NCBI GenBank assembly: GCA_051294375.1
Contig: CM119265.1
Span: forward strand, 1,914,280-1,978,279
From: Paraspadella gotoi
Taxonomy: Eukaryota > Animalia > Chaetognatha
Direction of reading: 5' to 3'
Length of the DNA: 64,000 bases
Translations under genes and position numbers: made by a program
In this document: positions 24,050 through 37,597 of the stretch, in pieces
Layout: each line of letters opens with the position of its first letter
Numbering within the stretch: position 1 is the stretch's first letter
Notes under the pieces: model-generated
Seen by the model: the letters and a program-made list of their open reading frames with translations, nothing else
Database searches by the model: none
Told to the model about the DNA's origin: nothing

Positions 24050-25087
24050 TCAATTTATTTTTTGAAAAATTATTTATATATAAGTTCATATAATTAAACC
24101 AGCGTCAACAGGTCATCATTTTTTTGAGGAAAAAAAATTCTCTGACCTGATCTTGGCTCTATTGATTAGTGTCAGATTCAGAGACACGAACTGAAAATGG
24201 AATTTGACGTGACAACTTTGTAAAATATCTCAAAAGTGACATGAATGAAAACTGAAAGAAACGAGCATCGGTTACGTCATTATCCGAGTTTGTCGACGTC
24301 CGCTAGTCGCTCGAGGCGACAACTGGATGAAAAAACGGAACAGTGTTACATTTGAAATCTGCAAGATAAAATCATCTGTACATAATAACTGACATTGTAT
24401 CAGATATAAACTATAAGTAACTAGCAATAAGTTACTTATTTAATTTAACAAGAAGAATTCAGCACGGATGAAAAAAAAGTGATGAGGAATGACGCAAATA
24501 GATTTGAGTCAATCGATGATTGGCTGACGATTTTCTCATCTTCGCTCTTATTGGTTGTCAAATCCGGGATCTCCAAGGTGGAGTATAAGAGGATGACTTC
24601 AACCTCTTCGAGCGCTGATTGGTTGTTTAGCGACCCGAACCGGGAAAATATCATTGGATAAATTAAGGATTTCGTTTTGGTTCTTACCGTTTGAATATAA
24701 CTCTCAATTAGCGGACGTCCGATTTCAATAAATTTGATTGGTCAATGGTCATAACGTGGTATAAGTTGCGCGTTCTCAAACTAAAATTCTTCATTGGTCC
24801 AAAATAGTGAAGGGAATCCCCTGATTGATTGGAATTTTAAAGGTGAGGCGCTGTACAACTCCCGAGTTCTGCTCAAAAGATTTTGTTTTATTTTGTTGTT
24901 TTGTTTGCGACGAATTTTGTTCTTTTGTCTCGAATTGGATTCTGGCGCGGAGGAGAATCGGCCCCCCGACGCTCCGGGGCCTTCGCTCGACGAGGCAATC
25001 GATGCCATCGTGGGGTAACCGTCTTTAATTTCGAAATGAGTCCATCTTAAAACTTCTCATTCCTCAGTTATAAAGGACAAACTCATT
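24050..25087. promoter_or_regulatory. Divergent (bidirectional) promoter region at the only strand switch
   Basis: Head-to-head GPR107/NOL12; four GATTGG (CCAAT) motifs near 24518, 24617, 24736, 24827; CRE-like TGACGTGA ~24205 and TTACGTCA ~24272. Confidence 0.5.
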
Positions 25088-26075
25088 ATGGGTAAAAAGG
25101 GCGGAAGACGAAACGTGGCTGGGGCCCAGAAACTCATTTTGACCTACGACGAGGAGGAACAACGGGATTACGTCCTCGGACTTAGAAAAAGAAAAGATGA
25201 GAGGAGGAAAAAGGCTAAAGAGGAGAAGAGAGAAGCGATGAAGGAAATGAGGAGAACGTTGAAGAAAGAGAAGTTGGATTTCGTCAAAGACAGGTCGGTT
25301 GGATGAGGCCTTGGTTTGGGTTTACTTATGTCAATGTCATTAAAATAATATACATCGTTGAAGGACGCGGTTATAGTGAATTATACTGCTTGATAATAAT
25401 AAATAAGTAATAGTTGATTTGGATTTAGATCTGTCTGGGCGTTATAATTAAAATGCCATCTTAACGTGTAAGAGATAATTTTTTAAAATGCTAAATTCTA
25501 AAAGCAACGTTGATTCTCTCTTAGCTTCACCTACGGTACTATGTCCATCCCTCTTTACTTGGGCGGTAATACTGGATTATACTGATTAAAATTAATAAAT
25601 AATTAATAAAGATTAATAAAGAAACTGATTTCCTTTCAGAGTTAAGAAAGTGAAGCACCTTCTACCCACGAACATTCTCAACGGCGACGAGGAAGACTCC
25701 TCTACCTCCACCTACCCCCCGCCTCCGCCCCAACAGGTCGTCGACTACGACGACCACACCGTTGTCGTCACCGACCTCTCCGCCGCCGCCGGTTTCGCCG
25801 ATCGCCCGAGCTACAGGGACACCAAAATGGCCTCCATTGACTCTGACGAAGAGGAGGAGAAAGAAGAGGAGGAGGAAGATGATGATGAGGAGGATGATAA
25901 GGATCCCTCCTCCAAGTCCAACTACTCCGTCGACGCCTACAAAAGGAAATCCCGCGAAATTTGCCAGAAGCTGCAGTCGATCGAAGGGAAGAGCGTCAAT
26001 AAGAAGCAGATGTTCCTTCAACGGAAGCAGAAGAAGAAAATACAGAGGAAGATGAAGAGGAAGGGGAAGAAGTAG
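25088..26075 (+). CDS. NOL12: Nucleolar protein 12 (Rrp17 family), 2 exons (~25088-25293, ~25640-26075)
   Basis: KLILTYDEEEQRDYVLGLRKRKDERRKKA; YDDHTVVVTDL; acidic stretch then basic C-terminus. Confidence 0.8.
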
Positions 26076-26470
26076 GAGAGGAAGAGGAGGAGAGAAAGAG
26101 GAAGGGGAGGAAGTAGGAAATGGAGAGGAGGAAGAGGAAGAAGAGGAATAGGAGGCAGAATTAAATGAAGGGGAAGAAGTAGTAGAGGAAGAGGAGGAGA
26201 GAAAGAGGAAGGGGAGGGAGTAGGAGAGGGAGAGGAGGAGGAAGAAGAGGAAAAGGAGAAGAAAAAGATGAGGAGAGAAAGAGGATGAAGAATTAAAGGG
26301 AGGTGAAGAGAAAAGGGAAGAAGTAGGGGAGGGAGTAGGAGAGGGAGAGAAAGAGTAAGCGGAGGAAGTAGGAAAGGGAGAGGAGGAGAAAGAAGAGGAA
26401 AAGGAGGAGAGAAAGAGGAAGATGAAGAAGTATTAAAGGAAGATGAAGACGGAGTAGTTAAAGAGGAGGA
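26076..26470. repeat. Purine-rich low-complexity tract
   Basis: Almost entirely G/A between NOL12 stop and DHX34. Confidence 0.8.
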
Positions 26471-26649
26471 GCGAAAGATGAGAAAAGTTTCCCCGATTTC
26501 CAAATCTCATTGCGGCACCAATTGTTCTCTCGCCGATTCCGTCTTGTTTGCAAAACCGTTGATTGTTGTTATTTGTTGCTTCCACAATCAGTTGACTCGA
26601 AACCAAGGCTCCTGCGAGAAGTCGACTTTTCTTGAAGACTCTCTCGAGG

Positions 26650-28928
26650 ATGTGCGACGACGCTGATGACGAAAGGTCGGAGAGGAAGAAGCGGAAGAGG
26701 AAAGGAGAGAAAAAGAGCAAAGAAAAGAAAAAACATAAGAAACTGAAAGAGCGAGAGAGAGACGTTTCCTCGCCTCCTTCTTCCTCCGATTCCAACGAGG
26801 AAGACGATTGGTTCCGCCAACGCGGCGTCGTGAAGAGAGAGACGGCGTCGACTTCCGGCGCCATTTTGAAATTGGCGTCGGACATTGTCGAGAGAAAAGA
26901 CGCGGATGGAGACGGCGGCGCTCGTGTGAAGAGTGTCGCCGGAGAGAAAACGACGCCGGATCGAGTTAAAGAAAGAAGGCGTAGCGAGGAAGAGGAGAAC
27001 CGGCGTCGTGAAGAAAACCGGCGTCGTCGCTACTCTAATGATCGAAAAGACAATCGACGCCGCCCCTCTCCCCCCCCTCTTCCCGCCGACCCCCTCCCCT
27101 CTCTCTCCAAATCCCTCTCTCTCGCCCGCATGGAATGGCGCCGTCATCGCCGCGATCTCGACTCTCTCTTCTTTGCCCCAAATTCGCTCGTCAAGAAGGG
27201 TTCGCCCGAGTACGAAGATTTTTGGGCGTTCCTCGACAAATTCCAGGCGGCACAGACGAGGAAGCTCGTGGCGGAGATGGCGGGATCGGCGGAGGGCGGG
27301 AAGGGGAAGAGGTGGGAGGCTGAGGAGAAGAGGCCTCCTTCGAAGGATGTCGATCTCCCGAAGGCAGTGCGGGAATTGCCGGACAAGTTCGACAAGAGGT
27401 GACCACTGACCACTGATCACATCTTTGACTTTTTTGGCAAAATGATCAGTGATCAGCCTTTTTTTTTTATTCGTCTCTTTTTCTTCAACGATCGATTCAT
27501 CGATCCTCTTTTCTTCTCAGGTACAAAGTGAACTTCTCTCTCCTGACGGAAGACTTGAGGCGTTCCAAGGAAATTCGCTACGATTGGGAAGGACGAATCG
27601 TCGGCGGCGACGAGGGGATGACAAAGTGAGAAGTCCAAGGTTATTTCATCCTTTTCTGCTTCTCCTTTCACTTTTTTGGCGACGAGGGGATGACAAAGTG
27701 AGAAGTCCAGGGTTATTTCATCCTTTTATGCTTCTCCTTTCATTTTTTTTTCTCTTTTCATTCTTAATCCTCTATTAACTCCTTTTTCCTGTATGAGAGA
27801 TGAACCTTTGATACAACCAAAAATAAAATGGATCTCATCAATCTCATCTGTATATTGTCGTTTTGACATTGACTCGTCATGAATTCTATGACCGTGTCAT
27901 TTCATGGTCTTATATCACGAATTTATTATTTTCATTAGTGTGGCAATTGATGATAATTATTGAGAGTAATATCAATTATTATTAATTTTATTATCATGCT
28001 CCTATTTCCGTTGACCCCTTTAGACTCTCGAAAGAGGAACTGACAGAGTTCCGCTCCATCCTCCACTATTATTGCGACTTCATTCAGAAGCAACACTTCG
28101 CCAAGATGTTGAAGATGAAGCGCGACCAAGCCGCCTTGCCGATGCATCATTACAAGGAAGAAGTCATCGAGGCCGTCAGGTAGTTTGTTATTAATGTCAT
28201 TATCAGTTTATTTCATTTCATTAAAACATTAAAAGAATGTATTGTGGCAGCAAGACTTAAAGCTGCCTCACTGCTGTCCGTCCTCAGCCTCGTCTCAATG
28301 GCTGAGCAGGCTAAATCATCTCATTCCATCCGTGCGTCCCGGGTTCAATCCCTGGGTATCCCGGTTCTGGCTTAAATGTGACGGTGCCGGTATAAACATG
28401 CCAGTGACAGGAGGCGGTCACTGAGGGTCCGCAGCCCCTACGCCAGTTGGTGAGATACCCCGCGCCCCAGGTATCACAGGCTATCCTCCCGTTGCCATAG
28501 TATAATGTTTTATCCACGACCCGCTCCAGAACCAATCCCGTGACCATCGTCGCCGGCGACACCGGTTGCGGCAAATCCACCCAAGTACCGCAATATTTGA
28601 TGGAGGCGGGATTCGAACGCGTGGCCTGCACGCAGCCGCGACGGATCGCCTGCATGGCACTCGCCAGACGGGTCTCCTTCGAGACGCTCAACGCCCACGG
28701 AACCAAGGTCGAGGGCAGATGAGATGTTCTGAGATGTTTTATTTTAGGACCATTTAAGCTCTCTTACATTTCTAAATATCTCTTCTTCTCAACTTTTTAG
28801 GTCGGATACCAAATTCGTTTCGAGAAGAAAAAATCTTCGCACACTCGACTCCTCTTCCTCACAGAGGGAGTTCTTTTGCGACAGATCATCTCGGACGCGT
28901 TGCTCAAGGAGTATTCCGGTGAGGGAAC

Positions 28929-28967
<39 letters not shown>

Positions 28968-31900
28968 GACCCTCTTCTCCTTCAGTGATCGTCCTGGACG
29001 AGGTTCACGAGCGTCACCTCTTCGGAGACTTCCTTCTCGGCATCTTGCGGCAGATGTTGCGGCATCGAAAGGATCTTAAACTCGTCCTCATGTCCGCCAC
29101 AATCAACATCAAACTCTTCTCAGATTATTTTGATCAGGTCTTGCGAATGATGTAGTCTTTAATGTTATAATGTATTTTGTTTTGCTTATACTATATTAAA
29201 ATCATTTTCTTTCCATAGGCGCCCGTGATCAGCGTCCCCGGAAGACTGTATCCAATTCAACTTGAATATCATCCCCTCAAACCTCAGGTACTTATTCTCA
29301 CTTTCTCATAAAGCGATTGCTTTCCCCTGAACTTTACCAATTTCATTGTTCATTGTTTCCTCACCGTCTTTCTCGAAAGGAAGCTCAGTTCGAATCGAAA
29401 AAGTCTGGGCGCCTCAACCCCGCCCCTTACATCCGCATCCTCCAACTCATCGACAAGCGCTACCCCGTCGACGAACGCGGCGACCTCCTCATCTTCGTCG
29501 GCGGGATGAACGAGATCATGACCATCGTCGACGCCGCCCGACAGTACGCGCTCGAGACGGGCAAATGGATCGTGCTTCCGCTGCACAGGTCAGGCGTCGA
29601 GGCGGCGATAAGAGTATAAAAGATAAGTAATGTAATTGATACATGAACTTTTTCTGCAGCACACTGTCGGTGGAGGACCAGGAAAAGGTGTTCGACCTTC
29701 CGCCGGAGGGAGTTCGAAAATGCGTCGTCTCTACTAATATCGCCGAGACATCGGGTAAAGACTCTTAAGGCGTTTCGGAATCGATTAATTGTATGTCGCT
29801 TCTCTGGATATTTCTCGCACTGTCTCATTCTCCCTGATTTCTTTTAAACTTAATTCTATTAATTCAGTAATAAACCGTTCATAAATTAGCAGTCCCTGAG
29901 CTTCGGATCAGGCGGTAGAACCCTGAGGGTTAAACATCCCGTTTTAAATAACTGCTTGGTGAGGCCACCAGGCTAGAACCCTTGACATTTGGTTTGAATG
30001 ACTTGCCCCCGCCTCCAGTGACCGTTAGGAACTATTAATTAATTAATTAATTAATTAGCATAGTAGTCGCACTCTGAGCTGTTTTCCATCCCTTTCTAAC
30101 TCATTCACTTCACTTTTTATTCCTTTTATACAATGTATAATTATATGTATAATTGTATATATTGTATAATATCCATACATTTCCCAGATCTTTTTCTTCA
30201 GTGACCATCGACGGGATTCGCTTCATCCTCGACTCTGGAAAAGTCAAAGAGATGAACTTTGACCCTCAACTCAAGATGCAGCGACTTCAAGAGTTTTGGA
30301 TCTCCGCCGCGTCGGCTAATCAGCGTAAAGGACGCGCGGGTCGGACGGGTCCCGGCGTCTGCTTTCGTCTCTACGACGAATCAGACTACGAATCTTTTCA
30401 ATCTTATCCGACGCCGGAGATTCAACGGGTGCCGCTCGACAATCTCGTGCTGCAGGTGGCGAAGAGAGAAAGTTATTCTTTTTAAAAAATGGTGCCCTTT
30501 TTTATTCTCATTTTTCCCCCCCAAAGATGTTGGCAATGGGTCTTCCCGATCCGCGCGCCTTTCCATTCCTCGAGGCGCCCGACGCCGGCGCCCTTGAGAA
30601 CGCCATCTCATTTCTCAAGGAACAGGGCGCCGTGACGCCTGAAGAGACACTGACGCCCATCGGCGCCATGTTGGCCAAGATGCCGGTCGACGTCATTATC
30701 GGTGAGAAGAAATGTTAAAAATAATTAGTAATATAAATATTTCATTAATTGTTTTTAATTAATTCCTTTTTAAGGCAAAATCCTCCTCATGGGCGCTCTC
30801 TTCCGCACCGTGGATCCCGTGTTGACGATGGCGGCTGCGCTCTCCGTCCAATCGCCCTTCACGATGCGCGCGCATTCGGATTCGTCCTGCGTGGCGGCGA
30901 GATCTGATCTGGAATCGGATCACGGTGAGGCTTTGATTTAAACTAAAATTTAAACTAAAATTAAAGAATGAAAGACCGTGAATACGTTTGGTTCCAATGT
31001 CCACCCACCTCGACCACCTCAGGCGACCCCCTCACTCTCCTCAACGTTTTCGACGAGTGGATCCAAGTCAAAGCGGAAGGAAGAGACACCAACAAGTGGT
31101 GTCGGCGTCGAGGACTCGAGCAGCAGCGCCTCTACGAGATGGTCAAGCTCAAGAACCAATTCTTTCAGTTGCTCAAGGTCTTGGTCTCTCTCTGTCTCTG
31201 TCTTAATAACTAAAAGGCCATATAGGCCGCAGTAGGCGTGCCCAAGGCAATATCCCTTCAATGAAATTCATTCTTTCTTTCTTTCCCCTCTTCCCCAGGA
31301 CCAAGGCTTCTTCGACTCGTCCACCTCCGACGCGACGGACGCTTCCGTCGACGCCGGAAGTCAAGACGCCGACTCGAAGGAAGAGAGAAAAGAGAAGCAT
31401 CTTCGTCGGCGTCGATTCGTCGAACTCAAGAAGGAGGAAGAGAAAAGACAATCTCGGAGAAAGATCTTGAAGTTCACTGAGAACAACGACATCGCCGTCT
31501 CGGGGGGTGAGGGAGAAAGGGCGGGGGGGGGAGGAGGAAGAGGATTGGTGTGACTTAGTGATGTTGTCTTAATTATCTTAGCGGCGGTGATGGAGGAAGA
31601 CGAGGATGCCCACGACGCCGACGACGGAGACATCAGCAGCAAATTGAAGGATCTGGATTTTCGGTGAGTCGCTGGAGTGGGGGGAAGATTTAAAAAAAAA
31701 TGATAAATGAGAGCTGGATAAAGCGGAAAAACGAGAATATTTCCTTCCTCTCTCTCTCTTGTCTTTCCCTTTCCCTTTTCCTTTTTCTGCTTTTCCCTCT
31801 CTCTCTCTCCCCCTCTTTCTTCTTTTCCCTCCGTCTCTCTCCCTTTCCCTCTCTCTCCCTCCCCCTCTCTCTCTTTCCATTTCTCTCTATCTCCCTCCCT

Positions 31901-33939
31901 CTTTCTTCTTTTCCCTCCCTCTCTTTCCCTCTCTCTCTCTCTCTCCCTCCTTCCCTTTCTCCCTCTCTCTCCCTTTCTCTCTCACTTTCTCCCTCCCTCT
32001 CCAGCCTCAAATTCGACGTTCGCAAGTTGGCGGCGTCTTCTGGTCTCGTCCGCGATCTCTCGGTCGGCGAAGTCACTCTCCTAAAGATAATCATCTCCGC
32101 TGGACTCTATCCTCAGGTTCTAAACAGAACGAAGAAAAATAAAGCGGAGAGAGACAGAGTGTCCCTATAAAAGCCCCCCCTCCACTTCTTTCCTAGGTGG
32201 CCATCCCCGACGACTGCAACTCCTTCAAGAAAGACTCTGAACAGATGTTCCACACTCGTTTCAAGGGATTCGTGACGCTGCACCCGACGAGCGTCTTCGC
32301 GCGATCTCCGCATCTCCTCAGGCCACCGGACATTCACGTGGAGAAAAGGTATGGATTTAAAAGTGTTTGACGATTCTTTTGCTGGTGAGTAATTGTAGTA
32401 ATGGGCCTTTATCTTCGCCAGAGTGAAGGCGGACCCTTCGAACAAAAACGTGTCCACGGAATCTTGGAGCCACAAACACGAACTGCTCGTATACGTGAGC
32501 CTCCTCGAGACCAAAAAGCCTTACCTCACCAATATTTTGAGGTAAGTCTTCTCTTTCTCTTTCATTTCGACTCGCTGATCTTCATTTCTAAGAAATGCTC
32601 TCTTCCACCACAGAGTTCCTTCTCTCCAATTCCTCCTCCTCTTCGCCGCATCGATCGACTCCAACGCTTCCCTCAGTCGCGTCGTCGTTGACTCGTGGCT
32701 CGAGCTGAGGTTCTCCTCGCCGGAAGAGGGGCAGGAGGTGTGTGTTGTGAGTGAGAGAGAAAGAGAGAGAGAGACAGAGCACTTTTATTCATCCTCTTTA
32801 CAGATGTTGGTAGCGGTGTTAGCGCTGCGCGACGCGTGGACGACCCTGTTGAACCTGAAACTCGATCGTCGGACAAAAGTGGCAGACGCAGACTTTGACC
32901 AAGTCGCCCACGCCATCAAGGTTTGTTCCATTTCTGATCAAAAAATATTTAGGGATCCATTTGATCATTTGACTTCGTAGGTGAACCACGTGGAAGCCAA
33001 ACTGCGCGCTAAACTCGTTGAATTTCTGCAGAGCGAAGTCAAGTACACCTTTCGGAGAGTTTTGCCTGCGGAACAGGTGAGGATTGCATTTTAACTAGTG
33101 TTATTAGTGTTATTAATTTATCTTCATTTCCTGTAAACAGGCTCACTTGTATTCGGGTCCTTCAGGCTCGGCAGCCAAACCTTTGATGAAGGTAAGTTAT
33201 TACAATTTTTTTTCTTTTTAAATCTTTATTAAAAACTTCCCTCGCCTTTTCTCTCTTTCTAGACTTTCAATTCCATCTCTTCATCCTCTCCTCACCCAAC
33301 GAAAGGCGGTTGGCGAATCAACTCTTTCTTCACCCACTCTTGCCTTCAAGACGACGATGTGGCTGAGGCTTGGAGTCAGTACGGGTCCGAGGCCATGCTG
33401 CGGCATTGGACTTGTCCCAAATGCCAGGTTCATCTCGTCTTGTCTATCATGGAAAGGTGAGTTAATAAGTAAGCTATCTTGCCCCCGACTTTGGACAGGC
33501 CTCCTCCATTCCTCTTACAGGATAATTACGTAGCAAATTTTCAATCAAGACTTTTTCAAAATCTCCTCTATTCACTCCTATTAAAGCATGTTATTATTAT
33601 TTATAATTATAATCGTGATTGTTATTTTAATAAATCTTAAATCACCGCAAAATGTAAATGAGATAAAGAAATTCAAACAGTTTTTTTTGCATGATAAATC
33701 ATCATTCTCTCTCGACTTCCAGACTCAATCACGAAGCAACGTGTTCCGGCGGGGACGCCCCCTCTTCTTCCTCCTCTTCCTCCGACGTGGCACGCATCCT
33801 TGTCGACGCGGAGACGGCGAAACTCGAGTCTCTCGCCGAGAAAAATCGCAGCTCGTTCGACTGCGACCGCTGCGGCGAGAGGCTGCTGCTGACGCCGCTG
33901 GAGGCGCTCAAGCATCGGCGCAACTGTCGACGAGATTAA
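26650..33939 (+). CDS. DHX34: DEAH-box RNA helicase DHX34, multi-exon
   Basis: [67 protein letters not shown]-terminal CDRC...LKHRRNC zinc finger. Confidence 0.93.
28243..28499 (+). mobile_element. Solo-LTR-like element, family A divergent subfamily (tRNA A-box/B-box)
   Basis: TGTGGC...GCCATA; GTAT direct repeat at 28239-28242 and 28500-28503; TGGCTGAGCAGG and GGGTTCAATCCC; 3' half aligns with family A. Confidence 0.75.
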
Positions 33940-34131
33940 TAAAAAGGGGGGGGGAATGACGAAGGGGAAACAACATTTAAAACTGGTCCATGACGTCAGA
34001 TAATGAACTATTTTACGTTTTCGTTTATGCCATTGCTGTTTTCGTTATTCTTTACTAAAAATCCATCTGTATCTTTTTAAAAAAGGCGAATAAAAAAAGA
34101 AACGGATTTTTTTGGAAGGAATTTAAAAAAA

Positions 34132-36906
34132 ATGACGATGATATCGTCGAAATTTGCGTCGTTGCTTTTTCCACGGACGGCGTCGCTTCCTTCCGGCACG
34201 GCTTCGTTAAGCGGCGTTATGGCAGGGCGTCGCCACGCCTCCACCACCGAAGCCAAACTGGAGACGAAACCTTACAAGTATCACAAGTTGGAAGAGAGAG
34301 TCCCGGATGTGGGAACCGTGACGAGAGAGGAAGGGCTCAAGGCCTACAGACAGATGGCGATAATCAGGTAGAGGTTAGACGTGAGAAGATCTTTTTTGTA
34401 ACTAACTTTTTTGTGACCGAGATTGACTCTTTAAATCTCATTTGCATATTGTCGCGTTTCGTTTAGGTATGTCATTGATCAATTTTCATTATGAAATTGG
34501 TACAAACAATATAAAAATTATTGATTCATTGCATATATAGGCTAATAGGTTGGCTTGGAATTAATATTATTGTTCCTTGTTCTCTTTTTGCGTACGAAAA
34601 GTGGTTGACAATGTGCGTATGTTAAGACTTTCTCCTCCATTCCTCAGACGCTTGGAGACGGAGGCTGGGAATCTCTACAAGGAGAAAGTCATTCGCGGGT
34701 TTTGTCATCTCTATTCTGGTCAGGAGGCCATCGCTGTCGGAATGAAGGCCGCAATGATTGAGGGAGACTCTATCATAACCGCTTACAGGTAGAGGGAGTC
34801 TCTCTCTCTCTCTCCACTCTCTCTCCACTCTCTCAGTTTCTCCCCCTCCTCCACTCAGAGCCCACGGATGGAGCTACATGATGGGCGTCTCGCCAGTCGG
34901 CGTTCTCTCTGAACTCACCGGCCGTCAATCCGGCTGCGCTCTCGGCAAGGGCGGATCTATGCACATGTCAGTCGCGGGGACCGGATCTATTTTTAGATTC
35001 TTCTTCCCAACCAATCACTATTCGGTCTTCATTCTCCTCTCTTTTCCTCTTCCTCCTCTTCCTCCTCCCCTTTCTCCTCAGGTACACAAAAAACTTCTAC
35101 GGAGGCAACGGTATTGTAGGCGCCCAAATTCCCCTCGGCGCAGGCGTCGGTTTCGCAAACAAGTATCTGGATAACGGGAAGGTCATCGTCGCTTTGATGG
35201 GAGACGGAGCCGCGAATCAGGTGTGTGTGTGAGCGTAAGAGAGAGAGAGAGAGAGTGCGCGCTTTGATAAAGGAAAGAAATCAAGCTTTGATAAAGGAAA
35301 GAAATCAAGCTTTGATAAAGGAAAGAAATCAAGCTTTGATAAAGGAAAGAAATCAAGCTTTGATAAAGGAAAGAAATCAAGCTTTGATAAAGGAAAGAAA
35401 TCAAGCTTTGATAAAGGAAAGAAATCAAGCTTTGATAAAGGAAAGAAATCAAGCTTTGATAAAGGAAAGAAATCAAGCTTTGATAAAGGAAAGAAATCAA
35501 GCTTTGATAAAGGAAAGAAATCAAGCTTTGATAAAGGAAAGAAATCAAGCTTTGATAAAGGAAAGAAATCAAGCTTTGAAAAAGAAAAAAAAAAAAACTT
35601 ATGTAAAACCCCACTTCTAACCTCAGAGATATGAAAAGACTTCGGACAACCATTCCGGTGAACCCTTTCCATTTTTTCCTTTACTTTTTTTTTTTAAATC
35701 CTTTTTGTTATGATTTGGTTTTGTTTGTTCTTTCCTCTCAATCCATCTTTAGCTTTCTTTCCCCCCCCCATCTCTTTCCTCCAGGGTCAAGTGTACGAAG
35801 CCTACAACATGGCCAAACTCTGGAATGATTTGGTTTTGTTTGTTCTTTCCTCTCAATCCATCTTTAGCTTTCTTTCCCCCCAATCTCTTTTCCTCCAGGG
35901 TCAAGTGTACGAAGCCTACAACATGGCCAAACTTCTGGAATGTTTGTTCTTTCCTCTCAATCCATCTTTAGTTTTCTTTCCCCCCCCATCTCTTTTCCTC
36001 CAGGGTCAAGTGTACGAAGCCTACAACATGGCCAAACTCTGGAATGTTTGTTCTTTCCTCTCAATCCATCTTTAGTTTTCTTTCCCCCCCCCCATCTCTT
36101 TTCCTCCAAGGTCAAGTGTACGAAGCCTATAACATGGCCAAACTCTGGAATGATTTGGTTCTGTTTCTTTCCTCTCAATCCATCTTTAACTTTCTTTCCC
36201 CCCAATCTCTTTTCCTCCAGGGTCAAGTGTACGAAGCCTACAACATGGCCAAACTCTGGAATGTTTGTTCTTTCCTCTCAATCCATCTTTAGTTTTCTTT
36301 CCCCCCCCCATCTCTTTTCCTCCAGGGTCAAGTGTACGAAGCCTACAACATGGCCAAACTCTGGAATCTGCCCACAATCTTCGTCGTCGAAAACAACGGA
36401 TACGGTATGGGAACCGCGATCGAACGCGCCTCCGCCTCCACCGACTATTACACGAGGGGCGATTACATCCCTGGAATCTGGGTCGACGGTTAGTTATGGG
36501 GAGATGATGATGATTATGAATGGTGATTATCATTGAATAATGAAGATAAATTCCCAGGCATGGACTTTGTCACGGTCCGAGAGGCCACTTCTCTCGCTCT
36601 CTCCCTCTGTCGCAAAGGCCAAGGTCCCATCCTCATGGAGATGGCCACCTATCGATACGGCGGCCACTCGATGAGCGACCCCGGGACGAGCTACCGCACC
36701 CGCGAGGAGGTGCAGGAGGTGCGGCAGACCCGCGATCCCATAACCAGCTTCAAGGATCGGCTGGTGGAGGCGGGGCTGGTCGACGCCGCCGAGATGAAGA
36801 AGCTCGACCAAGAAGTGAGGAAGGAGATTGCAGAGGCCGTGCAACAGGCCAGGAGCGACGCCGAGCTCCCTCTCGATGAGCTCTTCACGCACATTGTTTA
36901 CAAGCC

Positions 36907-36956
<50 letters not shown>

Positions 36957-37131
36957 GTATTAAGCTAGTATATTGATTACATTCAATGTTCTCACCCTTC
37001 CATTCCTTACTCCTTTCATCAGCGAAGACCACTCTGTCCGCACCTGCGAACCCGGGGTCTACGTGCGACCTCGCCTCGACGGGATCATCGCCGACCACGC
37101 CACCGGCGGATCCAAGATGATGTCCGCCTGA
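34132..37131 (+). CDS. PDHA1: Pyruvate dehydrogenase E1 alpha, mitochondrial, multi-exon
   Basis: [72 protein letters not shown]. Confidence 0.96.
35261..35579. repeat. 24-bp minisatellite (GCTTTGATAAAGGAAAGAAATCAA) x ~13
   Basis: Perfect tandem copies in a PDHA1 intron. Confidence 0.95.
35711..36367 (+). repeat. ~105-115 bp tandem repeat x6 of a PDHA1 intron 3' end plus exon start
   Basis: TCCTCCAG|GGTCAAGTGTACGAAGCCTACAACATGGCCAAACTCTGGAAT with exon-like starts at 35785, 35899, 36004, 36110, 36221, 36326. Confidence 0.93.
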
Positions 37132-37597
37132 TTCCGCCCCAAATGAAATCTCTCCGCCGAAGTGACCAACTGTTCTTTTTAGAACAGGAGGCGAAGTCTT
37201 TCTTCGCCAGATACGAAGTCGATCTCTTTAAAAAAAACGAAAGACAACAACAACAACGACGACAGCTAAAAAGCCACCACGACCACTATTGACTGACTCT
37301 CTCTCTCTCTCTCCTTTCTTTCCCCCCCACGCCCCCCGCATTTTCTAAATAATTTATAAACAACAAAAACTAGTCCATGTATACCAGCTTTCTATATTTT
37401 TTATAATGGGTTGGTACGAAAGACCGTGTGGCACAAATCCTTTTGAATAGATTTGTCCAAAAAGTTTGTAACGTCATGTTTTTAACCATGATGTGAATGA
37501 ATAATACAAACGTACGCCCTGTAGTATTTTTTCGTTCAAATTCATTTCGCCTCATGTATCAAGTTTTAAGAAAGAGAAAATTAAATTGATAAAAACG

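Noticed and set aside
29890-30030. GC-richer intronic island with CTTCGG loop, superficially pistol-ribozyme- or SINE-like
   Set aside because: Lacks the pistol P1/pseudoknot; single copy and no defined ends
35183-35672. ORFs with ALIKERNQ / SLISFLYQ repeats, and similar ORFs at 26018-26503, 31578-32170, 42974-43318
   Set aside because: Translations of minisatellite or low-complexity intronic and intergenic DNA
35261-36367. Repeat arrays resembling CRISPR
   Set aside because: Eukaryotic intron, no unique spacers, no cas genes; these are tandem duplications
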